Below, one piece after another: positions 1 through 10,877 of a DNA stretch of 64,000 nucleotides. The translations under genes were made by a program, and so were the position numbers. The DNA lies in assembly GCA_963786935.1 (NCBI GenBank), contig CAWBAN010000001.1, positions 1,376,001 to 1,440,000 of the forward strand, read 5' to 3'. This stretch comes from an uncultured bacterium. Lineage in GTDB: Bacteria; Krumholzibacteriota; Krumholzibacteriia; Krumholzibacteriales; Krumholzibacteriaceae. The notes under the pieces were generated by a model. That model was not told the DNA's origin. It searched no databases and saw nothing but the letters and a program-made list of their open reading frames with translations. Positions within the stretch are counted from its first letter, which is position 1; each line of letters starts with the position of its first letter.

Positions 1-951
1 GTGCGGGGCGTGATCGGTGGCGACGCAGTCGATCGTGCCGTCGAGAAGCCCCGCACGGAGCGCCTCGACGTCCTTCGCGCCCCTGAGCGGGGGATTTACC
101 TTGAAATTGGGATCGTACCCGTCGAGGAGGCGGTCGTCGAGGGTGAGGTGGTGCGGCGTCGCCTCGGCGGTGACCCGCACGCCTTTCTTCTTCGCCCGCC
201 GCACGAGCTCGACGGCGCCGGCCGTCGAAACGTGCGCGACGTGGAGCCGCGCGCCGGTGAGCTGCGCGAGCGCGAGATCGCGCGAGACGGCGATCTCCTC
301 GGCGGCCGCGGGCGAGCCCTTGAGCCCGAGGCGCGTCGACGTGTAGCCCTCGTTCATCTGGGACGCCTGCGCGAGAAACGAATCCTCGCAGTGCGCGATG
401 ACGGGAAGCGCGTGGAGATCCGCGTATTCGAGCCCGCTTCGCATCACCTGGCTGTTCGTCACCCAGGCGCCGTCGTCGCTCAGCGCGACGACTCCCGCGC
501 GCTTGAGGTGAAAGTACTCGTTGATGATCTCCCCGAGACGCCCCTTCGTGAGCGCGCCCGCGACGTACACGCGGCACCGGCCCACTTCCCGGGCGCGGCA
601 GGAGATATACTCGACGACGCTCGGATCGTCGATCGCGGGATTCGTGTTCGCCATGCAGACGACGCTCGTGTATCCTCCCGCCGCCGCCGCGGCCGATCCG
701 GTCTCGATCGTCTCCTTCTCCTCGAATCCCGGCTCCCGCAGGTGCGTGTGGAGATCGACGAAGCCGGGCGCCAGCACGAAGCGCTCGGCGTCGAGCACGG
801 GGAGGTCCGTTTCGACGCTCTTCTGCCAGACGATATCGGTGATCTTTCCCTTCTGCACGCAGACCGAGCCGACGCGGAGCCGCTCCGCCTCGGGATCGGC
901 GATCTTCGCGCCCGCGATCCAGAATTCCCGTTTGTCTTTCCAGTCGATCAT
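1..951 (-). CDS. pyrC: Dihydroorotase (type I), 3' end runs off the window
   Basis: Manual translation from ATG 951: MIDWKDKREF...PGFVDLHTHLREPG...AAAGGYTSVVCMANTNP...AHCED...EATPHHL...KVNPPLR...ATDHAPH. Follows pyrB. Absent from the ORF track because no stop codon lies in the window. Confidence 0.95.
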   Translation of the reverse strand, partial: MIDWKDKREFWIAGAKIADPEAERLRVGSVCVQKGKITDIVWQKSVETDLPVLDAERFVLAPGFVDLHTHLREPGFEEKETIETGSAAAAAGGYTSVVCMANTNPAIDDPSVVEYISCRAREVGRCRVYVAGALTKGRLGEIINEYFHLKRAGVVALSDDGAWVTNSQVMRSGLEYADLHALPVIAHCEDSFLAQASQMNEGYTSTRLGLKGSPAAAEEIAVSRDLALAQLTGARLHVAHVSTAGAVELVRRAKKKGVRVTAEATPHHLTLDDRLLDGYDPNFKVNPPLRGAKDVEALRAGLLDGTIDCVATDHAPH

Positions 952-985
952 TGAATCTCCTCTGCCGTATGCGTCAAACCACCGC

Positions 986-1936
986 TCATTCGGGCGTCCC
1001 CGAGTCGAAGCTGCCCCCCGCGACGAGGAAGAGCACCGCCATGCGCACCGCGACGCCGTTCGTCACCTGTTCGAGAATGACCGCGCGGTCGCCGTCCGCG
1101 ATCTCCTGGGCGATTTCGACTCCCCGGTTCATGGGGCCGGGATGCATGACGATGCAGTGCTCCGGAGCGGATTCGAGCACTTCCGGCGTCACGCCGAACA
1201 CTTCGAAATACTCTCGCATGCTCGGAAAGAGCCGGGCCTTCTGGCGCTCGAGCTGGATTCTGAGGATGTTGATCGCGTCCGCCTCGGCGATCGCCGTACG
1301 GAGGTCGTACTCGACCGTGACGCCCCCGTCGCCGAGCCGCTCGATCTCGGCGGGCATCATGGTCGACGGCCCGCAGAGGGTGACCTTCACCCCGAGCTTC
1401 GTGAGCCCCCAGATGTTCGAGCGCGCCACGCGGCTGTGCATGATGTCGCCCACGAGCGTCACCTTCTTGCCGTCGAGCGGGCCGAGATGCTGGCGCATCG
1501 TCATCATGTCGAGGAGCCCCTGCGTCGGATGCTCGTGCTGTCCGTCCCCCGCGTTGACGATCGAGGCGTCGAGGAAATTCGCGAGGAACCGGTGAGCCCC
1601 CGACGAGCCGTGCCGCATGACGACCATGTCGACCTTCATCGCGCGGATGTTCTCGACGGTGTCGCGGAGCGTCTCCCCCTTCGACACGGACGAGCCCGCC
1701 TTCGAGAAGCTCACCGTGTCCGCGCTGAGGCGCTTCTCGGCGAGCTCGAAGCTGATGCGCGTCCGCGTGCTCGGCTCGTAGAAGAGGTTTGCGATCGTTT
1801 TGCCCCTGAGGGCGGGAACCTTCTTGATCGGCCGCTCGGAGATCTCCTTGAAGGTATCGGCCGTGTCGAGGATGGTCGTGATTTCCTCGGCGGTGAGCTC
1901 CTCGAGGGCGAGAAGGTGCTTTCTGGTAAACGGCAC
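986..1936 (-). CDS. pyrB: Aspartate carbamoyltransferase catalytic subunit
   Basis: FYEPSTRTRISF, NAGDGQHEHPTQ and MHPGPMNRG motifs; pyr operon context. Confidence 0.97.
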   Translation of the reverse strand: MPFTRKHLLALEELTAEEITTILDTADTFKEISERPIKKVPALRGKTIANLFYEPSTRTRISFELAEKRLSADTVSFSKAGSSVSKGETLRDTVENIRAMKVDMVVMRHGSSGAHRFLANFLDASIVNAGDGQHEHPTQGLLDMMTMRQHLGPLDGKKVTLVGDIMHSRVARSNIWGLTKLGVKVTLCGPSTMMPAEIERLGDGGVTVEYDLRTAIAEADAINILRIQLERQKARLFPSMREYFEVFGVTPEVLESAPEHCIVMHPGPMNRGVEIAQEIADGDRAVILEQVTNGVAVRMAVLFLVAGGSFDSGTPE

Positions 1937-2035
1937 GGTGAGCCTCCCCTGTCGGTGACCGGCGCCCGCCGGGCGCGGGGGAAACGAGACCCCGGAAGGG
2001 GCCCCCGCTTCCCCGCTTCCCGGAAGGACGGACCG

Positions 2036-2826
<791 letters not shown>

Positions 2827-2906
2827 CCGTACGTCGCCGGAATCGTAGCGGAAGGGGGAAGCGGAGCGCAAGGTTTTTTTCGAATAATTCGCGGGGGCGC
2901 CGGCGG

Positions 2907-3751
2907 TCAGCGGATCGCGAGCAGCACGATCGCCGCGGCCGCGACGGCGAGCCCGGCGACGCCGGAGCCGCGCAGCCGCTCCTTCCAGAGCAGAAAGCCC
3001 GCGAGCGTCGAGCCCACGATGACGGTGAGATTGATGAAGGGGAACGCGATCGACGCGGGGACGGCGCGGAGCGCGAGCAGCGTGAATACGGTGCTGAAGA
3101 GATTGGGAACGCCGAGCGCGAGCCCGAGCGCGAACGTCCGCGCGTCGAGACGCGCGCGCCGCGCCGCGATGAGAATCCACGTGATGACGGCCGCCGACGT
3201 GAAGAGGATCCACGTGAACGCGAGGCGGTCGAGATCGCTCCCCGTTTCGCGGAACGCCTTGAGCGCGACGTCCCCGAGCCCGAGCACGACGAAGAGCGCC
3301 AAAACGATCGGCGCGCTCCGCGTCCCCCCCGCCGCCGGGCGCGAGGGGCCGGAAAAGCTCCGGGCGAAGATCAGAACGGCGACGAGCCCGAGCGCCAGAC
3401 CGATCCACTGGAACATCCCGGGGCGCTCGCCCCAGAGCAGCAGGGCGACGGCGACCGGCAGCGCGACCGACAGGCGCGCGATCGTGACCGGCACGGCGAG
3501 CGGCAGCCGCGCGATCGCCGCCATGAGGAGCAGGAATCCGAGGACGAAGACGATCCCCGCCGCGATCCCGAGCGCCGCCGTTCCCCGCCCCGGTTCGGGC
3601 ACGCGGCCGCCGAGCATGAAAAAGGAGATCGCCGAGGCGGACAGGTAGTTCGCCCCGGCGATCAGGATGCGGCTTCCCCCCTCCCCTCGTTCACCTTGAG
3701 GATGAGGGCGATCGCAATCGAGCAAAGCGCCGCCGGCAGCAACCAGATCAA
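2907..3751 (-). CDS. DMT/EamA-family transporter (split by an apparent 1-nt deletion in a G6 run at 3676-3681)
   Basis: Two-repeat hydrophobic EamA pattern. The N-terminus LIWLLPAALCSIAIALILKVNEGRG is in one frame and the remainder (GSRILIAGANY...) in another; adding one G joins them. Confidence 0.75.
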
Positions 3752-5439
3752 GGGGCGGCCTTCACGAATTGCTCGGCGAAGTACTTCGCCGTGAGCGGCT
3801 CGCCGGTCGCCGACTCGACGAGCTTGTTCCACGGCATGACGTCCCCCTTCGAGTACAACGACTCCATGAGGTACGCGCCGACCGAAGCGTTGCCGTAGAT
3901 GCCGACGGGATTCTCCGTGCCGCCGAGCACCGTCGCGTCGATATGGTGCTTCAGCTGGGAGGCGATGAGCTCCCCGAGCAGGTAGTTGTGATAGTACACC
4001 GGGCTCATGACGATATGGATCTTCGTCGCCCAGTCGGGCTCGTTCCGTCCCTCGGGGCGCTTCACGAACTGGTAGCGCTCGACGAGATCCCACCAGAGCG
4101 TGTTGAGATCCTGATCGGGATTCTTGTACAGCGCCCGCTCGAAGTGGAACATCACCTGGCACCAACGCGCGAAGATGAGCTGCTTCATGCGCAGCGATTC
4201 GGCCAGCACGGGCGCGACCTTCTCGAGATCCTTGTCGCCGAGACCGAGCGCCGCCTTCATCCACGCCGGATCCTGCGAGAACCGCCCGAAGTACTCGGCC
4301 GAGGCCTCCGTCACGCAGAGATGCGGGTACGTCCGCAGGAGGAACGGGAGATTCATGTCGAGGTTCTTGTCGTAGACGCCGTGCCCGAGCTCGTGGAGGA
4401 TCGTCTCCATCCAGTAGCCGTTGTCCTTCATGTTCGCGAGAATCCTGATATCCTGCCCGCGGTCGATGTCGGTGCAGAAGGCGTGCGGGTTCTTGCCCTG
4501 CTTCTCGTAGAGGTCGCTCCGCGCGAGGATGTCGTCGACGGGCATGCCGATCCCCGCGAAGAAGACCTTCGCGATCTCGACCGGATCGGCGCCTCTGTAG
4601 TACTTGTCGAGATCGATCTCCCCCACCTGCGGCAGCTCCTGGAAATATGGATCGTGGTAATGCCAGGGGCGGAGATCGTCGATCTTGATTTTGTAGCTGT
4701 TCGCGAGATCCGCGTCGAGCTTGTTCTTCATGAGGAGGAACGGCTCGCGGGTCAGCTCGTCGAGCTCGGCGAAGAGCTTCACGAGCTCGTCCTCGTTCTG
4801 CTCGGCCAGCGTGAGCGACATCGTGTAGAAGTTGTCGAATCCGACCTTCCGCGCCGATTCGTTGCGGAGCTTCACGAGCTGGAGCAGGCTGTCGAGCACG
4901 ATCGGCCCGACCCCCTTGCTCGCCTCCCACGTCGCGCGGCGCATCGCGCTGTTCTTTTCCTCGCCGAGGATGCGGTAGACGTCGTTCGTCGTCATCTCCT
5001 TCCCGCCGACGACAGGACGATAGACCGTGAAGCGGTTCTCCACGGCGGCGGCGATATCGATCATCTGCTTGAGGAGAAGCGAATCGGTCTGATTGCCGAG
5101 ATACCGCAGGTAGAGGAGATCGGCCGTGCGCTGGAGCTGCGGATCCTTGAGCTTGAGCGACTCCTTCGCCCGCTTCACGAACGCGAACTCCTCGGCGTTC
5201 GTGTAGAGCTTCTCCATCCTGAGCTGCGCCTCGGAATATTTCTTGTAATCCTCTTCCTTGCCCGAAACCGCCGCCCGCCAGTAGGCGAGATTCGACTCCT
5301 TCTCGAGCGGCTCGAGCTTCGCGACGTGAGCCTGGACAAATTCCTTGAACTGCATTTCAACGCCCTTCGAGCACGAGATGAACGATGCGAGCCCCGCGAT
5401 CAAAAGGAGGAGAAATGCATGCCGTGCGCCCGTTCTCAT
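3748..5439 (-). CDS. M2/M3-type (gluzincin) zinc metallopeptidase, probable lipoprotein
   Basis: HELGH zinc motif with downstream TEA glutamate, HAFC and YYHNY motifs; signal peptide ending ..SFISC. Confidence 0.85.
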   Translation of the reverse strand: MRTGARHAFLLLLIAGLASFISCSKGVEMQFKEFVQAHVAKLEPLEKESNLAYWRAAVSGKEEDYKKYSEAQLRMEKLYTNAEEFAFVKRAKESLKLKDPQLQRTADLLYLRYLGNQTDSLLLKQMIDIAAAVENRFTVYRPVVGGKEMTTNDVYRILGEEKNSAMRRATWEASKGVGPIVLDSLLQLVKLRNESARKVGFDNFYTMSLTLAEQNEDELVKLFAELDELTREPFLLMKNKLDADLANSYKIKIDDLRPWHYHDPYFQELPQVGEIDLDKYYRGADPVEIAKVFFAGIGMPVDDILARSDLYEKQGKNPHAFCTDIDRGQDIRILANMKDNGYWMETILHELGHGVYDKNLDMNLPFLLRTYPHLCVTEASAEYFGRFSQDPAWMKAALGLGDKDLEKVAPVLAESLRMKQLIFARWCQVMFHFERALYKNPDQDLNTLWWDLVERYQFVKRPEGRNEPDWATKIHIVMSPVYYHNYLLGELIASQLKHHIDATVLGGTENPVGIYGNASVGAYLMESLYSKGDVMPWNKLVESATGEPLTAKYFAEQFVKAAP

Positions 5440-5555
5440 TGCTCTGCCCTCCATGCATGCGCCTGGAACTCCTCTGTGCCGCGTGGCGTGCGCGCCACGC
5501 GCCGCGCCGCTCCGCCCCCGCCGCGTCCCGCGGCGCGAAAAGCGAAGGGGGCGTG

Positions 5556-5584
5556 AGTATACATGAAAAACCCGCCGTTGGCAA
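5556..5584 (-). promoter_or_regulatory. Sigma-70-type promoter for the M2/M3 peptidase
   Basis: TTGCCA-N17-TATACT on the minus strand, in an intergenic gap. Confidence 0.6.
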
Positions 5585-5655
5585 GCTCGGGCGCGCGGAA
5601 TCGAACCGGATCGCCGCGCCCGCCGCGCCGGGCCTCCGGGACGCCGCGGGCGATT

Positions 5656-7104
5656 CTACCCGACGCGCCCCTTTTCGAGCCGCACGATCCGGTCGGCGCT
5701 CCCGCCGAGGAAGCTCTCGTCGTGCGAGGCGGCGACGATCGCCGCCCCACGCGACGAGAGCCGTTCGAGCGCCGCGCCGAGACGGCGCCGGGCCGCGCCG
5801 TCGAGAAAGATCGTCGGCTCGTCGAGGAGGTAGAGCTCCGCGCCGATGACGAGCGCCGAGGCAAGGGCGACGAGCCTTTTTTCCCCCTGCGAGAGACGGA
5901 ACGGGCTCCGATCGAGAAATTCCGCGGGATCGAGCCCCACGTCGCTCAGCGCGCGGGAGACGGCCGCCGCCGTCCCGCCGCCTCCCGCGAGCCGCCGGCG
6001 CGCGAGTCCGATCTCGTCGCGCACGGTCGGCGCGAAGAAGCCCTCCTCGGGGCTCTGAAAAAGAAAAACCGCCCTCCCCGCGGGAAAATCGCGCCTCGTG
6101 GCCACGCGCCGTCCGAAGAGCGAGACGGCGCCGCTCCGCGGAGCAAGGAGCCCCGCGCAGGCGAGGAGCAGCGTCGTCTTGCCCGATCCCGATGGCCCGC
6201 ACACGCCGAGCCGCTCCCCCGGCGAAATCGAGAGCGCGGGGATCTCGAGAACGAATTCGCCGTCCCCCGGTGAAAAACGCGCCTCGCGAATCTCGACGGC
6301 GGCGCTCGGGCCGCCCGGCGTCCCGGATCGCGCCTCGACGGCTCGACCGGAAGGCGCCGGGGCCCGATCCGCTTCCGGCCGTCGGAACACGAGCGAGCGC
6401 TCGAGATCGTCGCGCGGGATCGAGCGCGCGAGATCGGCCGGAGCGCCGTCGAACCGGATACCGCCCTTCTCCATATAAATGACGCGGTCCGCGAGCCCGA
6501 TCTCGCCGGCGTCGATCGTGGACCAGACGATCGCGTTCCCCTCGCGGCGGAAGGAGCCGCGGAGCGCATCGAGGAACTCGCGCCGCGCGCCGGCGTCCAG
6601 GAACGAAAACGGCTCGTCGAGAATCAGGTGCCGCGGCCGCATCGCCCAGAGGCACGCGAGCAGCGCGCGCTGCTTTTCGCCGCCCGAGAGCGTGTGCGGA
6701 TTCCGTGCGAGCAGGCCGTGGAGCGAGAACGCGCGCGATGACGCGGCGAGCCGGCTCGACATCTCGTCGGGTCCGGCCCCGAGATTCTCGAGGCCGAATA
6801 GGATCTCGCGCTCGACGCTCGGCGTGACGAACTGGCTGTCGGGGTTCTGAAAGGCGATGCCGACCGCCGGAGCGGCCGCGGCGCCGCGGGGAGCGCGGGC
6901 CGGATCCGCTCCGTCGATCTCGACCGATCCCGCGCGCGGTTTCGCGAGACCCGCCATGAGCCGGCAGAGGGTCGTCTTGCCCGATCCGTTCCCCCCCGCG
7001 ACGGCGATCCACTCCCCGTCGCGCGCCTCGAGATTCACCCCTTCGAGGAAATCGCGCCCGGGCGCTCCCGGGAACGCGAACGAAACGTCCCGCAGCCGGA
7101 TCAC
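5656..7104 (-). CDS. Duplicated ABC ATPase of ECF-transporter type (fused EcfA-A')
   Basis: Two Walker A motifs (GGNGSGKT, GPSGSGKT), FQNPDSQ Q-loop, LSGGEKQR/LSQGEKR signatures and LDEP Walker B; GTG start overlaps the upstream stop. Confidence 0.85.
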   Translation of the reverse strand: MIRLRDVSFAFPGAPGRDFLEGVNLEARDGEWIAVAGGNGSGKTTLCRLMAGLAKPRAGSVEIDGADPARAPRGAAAAPAVGIAFQNPDSQFVTPSVEREILFGLENLGAGPDEMSSRLAASSRAFSLHGLLARNPHTLSGGEKQRALLACLWAMRPRHLILDEPFSFLDAGARREFLDALRGSFRREGNAIVWSTIDAGEIGLADRVIYMEKGGIRFDGAPADLARSIPRDDLERSLVFRRPEADRAPAPSGRAVEARSGTPGGPSAAVEIREARFSPGDGEFVLEIPALSISPGERLGVCGPSGSGKTTLLLACAGLLAPRSGAVSLFGRRVATRRDFPAGRAVFLFQSPEEGFFAPTVRDEIGLARRRLAGGGGTAAAVSRALSDVGLDPAEFLDRSPFRLSQGEKRLVALASALVIGAELYLLDEPTIFLDGAARRRLGAALERLSSRGAAIVAASHDESFLGGSADRIVRLEKGRVG

Positions 7105-7865
7105 CGCTTCGCCCCTCCCGCGCGTTCGAGCGCCTTGAGATGCGCCCGCGCCGAATCGGCCCATTCCCCTTCGGGATCGAGCGCGAGATACCGGCGAAAC
7201 CGCTCCTTCGCCTCATCGGCCGCGCCGCGCTTCTCGAGCACGACGCCGAGCGAGAAGATCGACTTCCGGTGATCCGGCTCGACGGCGAGCGCGGCGAGAA
7301 AGGCCCGCTCCGCCCCCTCCAGATCGCCGGCGCCGTAGCGCGAGACGCCGAGCGCGTATCGGTATGCCGTGTTCTCCGGGGCGACGGCGACGAGATCGCC
7401 GAGGATCGCCGCCGCCTTCCCGTGATACCCGAGCTTTTCGTATGCGATGCCGAGATTGTACGAGGCGTCGACGAGACCGGGATCGAGCTTGATCGCTTCC
7501 GAGAAACGCCCGATCGCCGCCGCGAAGTTCCCCTCCGCGGCGAGATCGAGCCCCACGTTGTACTCACGCGCCGCGTCGAGCCTGTTCCTCACGCGCTCCG
7601 CGTCGCGCTTGCTCAGAAAGATGCGCACGCCCGATCCGGCGCGCGGCTCGACCGAAGCGTCCATGCCGTTGTCGCGCGCGATCACGGCGGCGCGATCCCC
7701 GTCGCCGTAGAAGTCGCGGGCGAGCGAGCGCCACGTATCCCCCTGAGCGACGCGATGCGTGACGACCTGCTCGATGGGCTCCCGCTGTCCCGGCGCGGGG
7801 CGCTCCCCGGCGCACGAGATCATCGCGGTGCAGGCGAAGAGAGCGGCGATAGAGGCTGATCTCAT
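7101..7865 (-). CDS. LysM + TPR lipoprotein
   Basis: Lipobox-like MISC, LysM-like HRVAQGDTWRSLARDFYGD...IARDN, then about four TPR repeats. Confidence 0.8.
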   Translation of the reverse strand: MRSASIAALFACTAMISCAGERPAPGQREPIEQVVTHRVAQGDTWRSLARDFYGDGDRAAVIARDNGMDASVEPRAGSGVRIFLSKRDAERVRNRLDAAREYNVGLDLAAEGNFAAAIGRFSEAIKLDPGLVDASYNLGIAYEKLGYHGKAAAILGDLVAVAPENTAYRYALGVSRYGAGDLEGAERAFLAALAVEPDHRKSIFSLGVVLEKRGAADEAKERFRRYLALDPEGEWADSARAHLKALERAGGAKR

Positions 7866-9112
7866 GGTGCGCTTTTTGCGCGTCGGCGCTTCCCGCGCGC
7901 TCCGGACGAACGGGCCGCGCGCGCCGCCCGCGGACGGCCGCGCCGCGCCGCTTCATACGCGCTCGCGAGCGGCACGCCCCGCGAGCCGGCGGCGTCCCTG
8001 CACGATTCGAATTCCGGCTTGGTTTTCGTCGTCCCGTCGCCGAGGCGGGCGCGCTTCACCAGCATCGGGCCGTATTCCGTGTCGACCTTCTCGACCCAGC
8101 GCTCGAGCTCCGCGCGCGATTCGCCGCTCACGCGGACGCCGAGGGTCGTCGTCTCCCGGAAGATGACGTCGAGCAGGGCATCCGCCGCTTCCTTCCCGCA
8201 GAGCGCGGTGAGAAGCACGCCCGGGCGCCCCTTCTTCATGATGACCTGCGTGAGGTAGACGTCGAGCGCGCCGGCGCCGAAGAGACGCTCCGTCACCCAT
8301 CCGTAGAGCTCGGGATTCATATCGTCGATCGTCGTGCGGAGCACGGTGATCTCGCTCCCGCGCTCAGGCGTTTCCGCTTCGATGAGGCGCAGCATGCCGG
8401 GCGCCGGCCCCGTCTCGCGCGTGCCCGCCGCGTACACGACGCACCGGGGAACGAGCGGCGCGAGCGCGGGGAGCTCATCGGCGAGCGCTTTCATGAGCGC
8501 GGCGCCGGTCGGCGTCACGACTTCCCCCTCGCCGTCGAGGATCACGGTCCTTCCGCGGAGGATCTCGATCGTGGCCGGCGCGGGGACCGGATGCCTCCCG
8601 TGCGAGAACTCGACGAAACCGCTCCCGAGCCGCAGGGGCCGGTGATGGAGCGAAGGAAATCCCAGCATCTCGAGCGCGGCCGCGGCGCCGACGATATCGA
8701 CGATCGAATCGACCGCCCCCACCTCGTGGAAATGAACGTGATCGGCCGCCACGCCGTGAACCTTCCCCTCCGCCGCTCCGATGATCCGGAACGTTTTCGC
8801 CGAGAGATCCTTCACGTGCGCGCCGAGACGCGATTTCTCGATCATGTCGAGGATGGAAGCGAGGTCCCGCTCGCGGGCCCGCCCCGGCGAGCGCACCGTC
8901 GCGCGCGTCGCGGCGATGCCCCCGCGATTCACGCGCTCGATCCTGATCGTGAAGGGCTCGAGCCCGCGGAGCTTCCGCACCTCGAGCGCGACCCGTTTCG
9001 GGTCGGCGCCGAGGGCGAAGAGTCCCGCGAGGAACATGTCGCCGCTCAAACCTCCCGCGGCGTCGACGACGATCATCCGCGACGAGCGCTTCGTTCCGGA
9101 CCGAAATGCCAC
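7862..9112 (-). CDS. larC: Nickel-pincer cofactor nickel insertase LarC
   Basis: AGGLSGDM, HFHEVGAVDSIVDI, PVPAPAT, TPTGAA, MKKGRPG, ETTTLGVR and KPEFE motifs; GTG start after AAGGAGG. Confidence 0.92.
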   Translation of the reverse strand: MAFRSGTKRSSRMIVVDAAGGLSGDMFLAGLFALGADPKRVALEVRKLRGLEPFTIRIERVNRGGIAATRATVRSPGRARERDLASILDMIEKSRLGAHVKDLSAKTFRIIGAAEGKVHGVAADHVHFHEVGAVDSIVDIVGAAAALEMLGFPSLHHRPLRLGSGFVEFSHGRHPVPAPATIEILRGRTVILDGEGEVVTPTGAALMKALADELPALAPLVPRCVVYAAGTRETGPAPGMLRLIEAETPERGSEITVLRTTIDDMNPELYGWVTERLFGAGALDVYLTQVIMKKGRPGVLLTALCGKEAADALLDVIFRETTTLGVRVSGESRAELERWVEKVDTEYGPMLVKRARLGDGTTKTKPEFESCRDAAGSRGVPLASAYEAARRGRPRAARAARSSGARGKRRRAKSAP

Positions 9113-9123
9113 GTTGCCCTCCT

Positions 9124-9885
9124 TCACGGGCATCCCCGCCGCGCGCGCCTGACGATCGTCGCGGCGGCGTAGCCCGCTCCGAAGCCGTTGTCGATATTGA
9201 CCACCGTCACGCCCCCCGCGCAGCTGTTGAGCATCGTCAGCAGCGCCGAGAGGCCGCCGAAGCTCGCCCCGTAGCCGACGCTCGTCGGAACGGCGATGAG
9301 CGGCGCGTCGGCGATCCCCGCCACGACGCTCGCGAGGGCTCCTTCCATGCCGGCGACGACGATGATGCAGTCCGCGCCGCGGAACCGATCCCACGACGAG
9401 AGGAGCCGGTGGATGCCCGCGACGCCGACGTCGTAGAGCCGGTCGACCCCGCACCCCAGATAGTGCGCGGTAAGCGCCGCTTCCTCGGCGACCGGCCGGT
9501 CCGAGGTGCCCCCCGAGACGACGGCGACGAGACCGGAGCGCTTCGTCTTCGCGCGCTCGATCGCGAACAGGTTTCCCTCGGGATGGTAGGTCGCGCCCCG
9601 GAGCGACCGCGATACCTTCCTGAACAGCGACGGATCGCAGCGCGTCGCGAGCAGGTTCGCCCCCCGGGACGTCACGTTCTTCGCGATCTTCGCGATCTCG
9701 GCGGCGGTCTTTCCCTCGCAGAAGATCACCTCGGGAAATCCCCGCCGGATCGCGCGGTGGTGGTCCACCTTGGCGAATCCGAGATCCTCGAAGGGAAGCA
9801 CCTTGAGGCGTTCGATCGCCCCGGCGACTTCGACCTTCCCCGCCGCCACCTGTTCAAGAAGCCGTTTGAGCCGCGCCTCGTCCAT
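9124..9885 (-). CDS. larB: Nickel-pincer cofactor biosynthesis protein LarB (PurE-like)
   Basis: VDHHRAIRRGFPEVIF, GTSD.PVAEEA, DVGVAGIHRL, AGMEGAL, VPTSVGYG and VNIDNGFGA motifs. Confidence 0.95.
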   Translation of the reverse strand: MDEARLKRLLEQVAAGKVEVAGAIERLKVLPFEDLGFAKVDHHRAIRRGFPEVIFCEGKTAAEIAKIAKNVTSRGANLLATRCDPSLFRKVSRSLRGATYHPEGNLFAIERAKTKRSGLVAVVSGGTSDRPVAEEAALTAHYLGCGVDRLYDVGVAGIHRLLSSWDRFRGADCIIVVAGMEGALASVVAGIADAPLIAVPTSVGYGASFGGLSALLTMLNSCAGGVTVVNIDNGFGAGYAAATIVRRARRGCP

Positions 9886-10858
9886 GGTTCACGTTCTCCT
9901 CTCTGATGCGCTTGATGATTTCGAGAATCCCGGCACGCGTCTCCGCGCTCGTGAGCTCCGCGCGGTATTTCTTGATGCCCTCGAACGATCTCAGATACCA
10001 GCGGTAGAATTTTCTCAATTCCCGGATGCCCGCCCCCTCTTCGAAGCAGGTCGTCTGGAGCTTCACGTGCCGCTCGAGCGCGTCGAGCCGCTCGGCGTTC
10101 GTGGCGCCCCGCGGATCCTTTCCCTCCGCGATCGCGCGGACGTCGCGGAAGATGAACGGATTGCCGATCGCCCCCCGCCCGATCATGACGATCGAGCATC
10201 CGGTGACGCGCACGATCTCACGATAATCCGCCGCCGACTTGACGTCCCCGTTCGCGATGACGGGGACGGAGAGCGCCTCCCTGAGCCGCGCGATGTCGTC
10301 CCAGTGCGCCTGACCGGTGAATCCCTGGCTCCGCGGCCGCGGATGCAGCGTGATCGCCGCGATGCCGCACCCCTCGAGGACGGCGCCCGCCTCGAGGTAG
10401 TTCCGCTCCCCGGCGCTCCAGCCGCTCCGTATCTTCGCCGTGACCGGAACGCCGGCTTCCGCGACGACCGCGCGGGTGATCCGCTCCATGAGCGCGAGAT
10501 CGCGCATGATCGCCGCGCCCCCGTTCTTCGTCACGACCTTCTTGACCGGGCAGCCGAAATTGAGGTCCACGAACGAGGCGCCGGAGGCCCCTGCCGCGGC
10601 CGCCGCGCGCGCGAGCGTCTCCGGATTCGAGCCGAAGAGCTGCACGCCGAGCGGCGCTTCCCCCTCGAGACGGTCGAGGAGCGCCGCGCTCTTCTTCATG
10701 CCGCGCGCGAGGCCGTCGGCGCTCACGAGCCCGGTGAAGGCGAAATCCGCGCCGAGCTCCGCGCAGACGAGGCGGAACGGCGCGTCGGAATATCCCGCCA
10801 TCGGCGCGAGGCAGGCGCGAAGCCCGCCGAACAAGCTCTTTGAAGTGCCGACCAGCAT
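9854..10858 (-). CDS. dusB: tRNA-dihydrouridine synthase (DusB-like)
   Basis: LAPMAG, QLFG, DLNFGCP, VIANGD and MIGRGAIGNP motifs. Confidence 0.9.
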   Translation of the reverse strand: MLVGTSKSLFGGLRACLAPMAGYSDAPFRLVCAELGADFAFTGLVSADGLARGMKKSAALLDRLEGEAPLGVQLFGSNPETLARAAAAAGASGASFVDLNFGCPVKKVVTKNGGAAIMRDLALMERITRAVVAEAGVPVTAKIRSGWSAGERNYLEAGAVLEGCGIAAITLHPRPRSQGFTGQAHWDDIARLREALSVPVIANGDVKSAADYREIVRVTGCSIVMIGRGAIGNPFIFRDVRAIAEGKDPRGATNAERLDALERHVKLQTTCFEEGAGIRELRKFYRWYLRSFEGIKKYRAELTSAETRAGILEIIKRIREENVNHGRGAAQTAS

Positions 10859-10877
10859 GCGGCTCCCCGCGCTCCCG

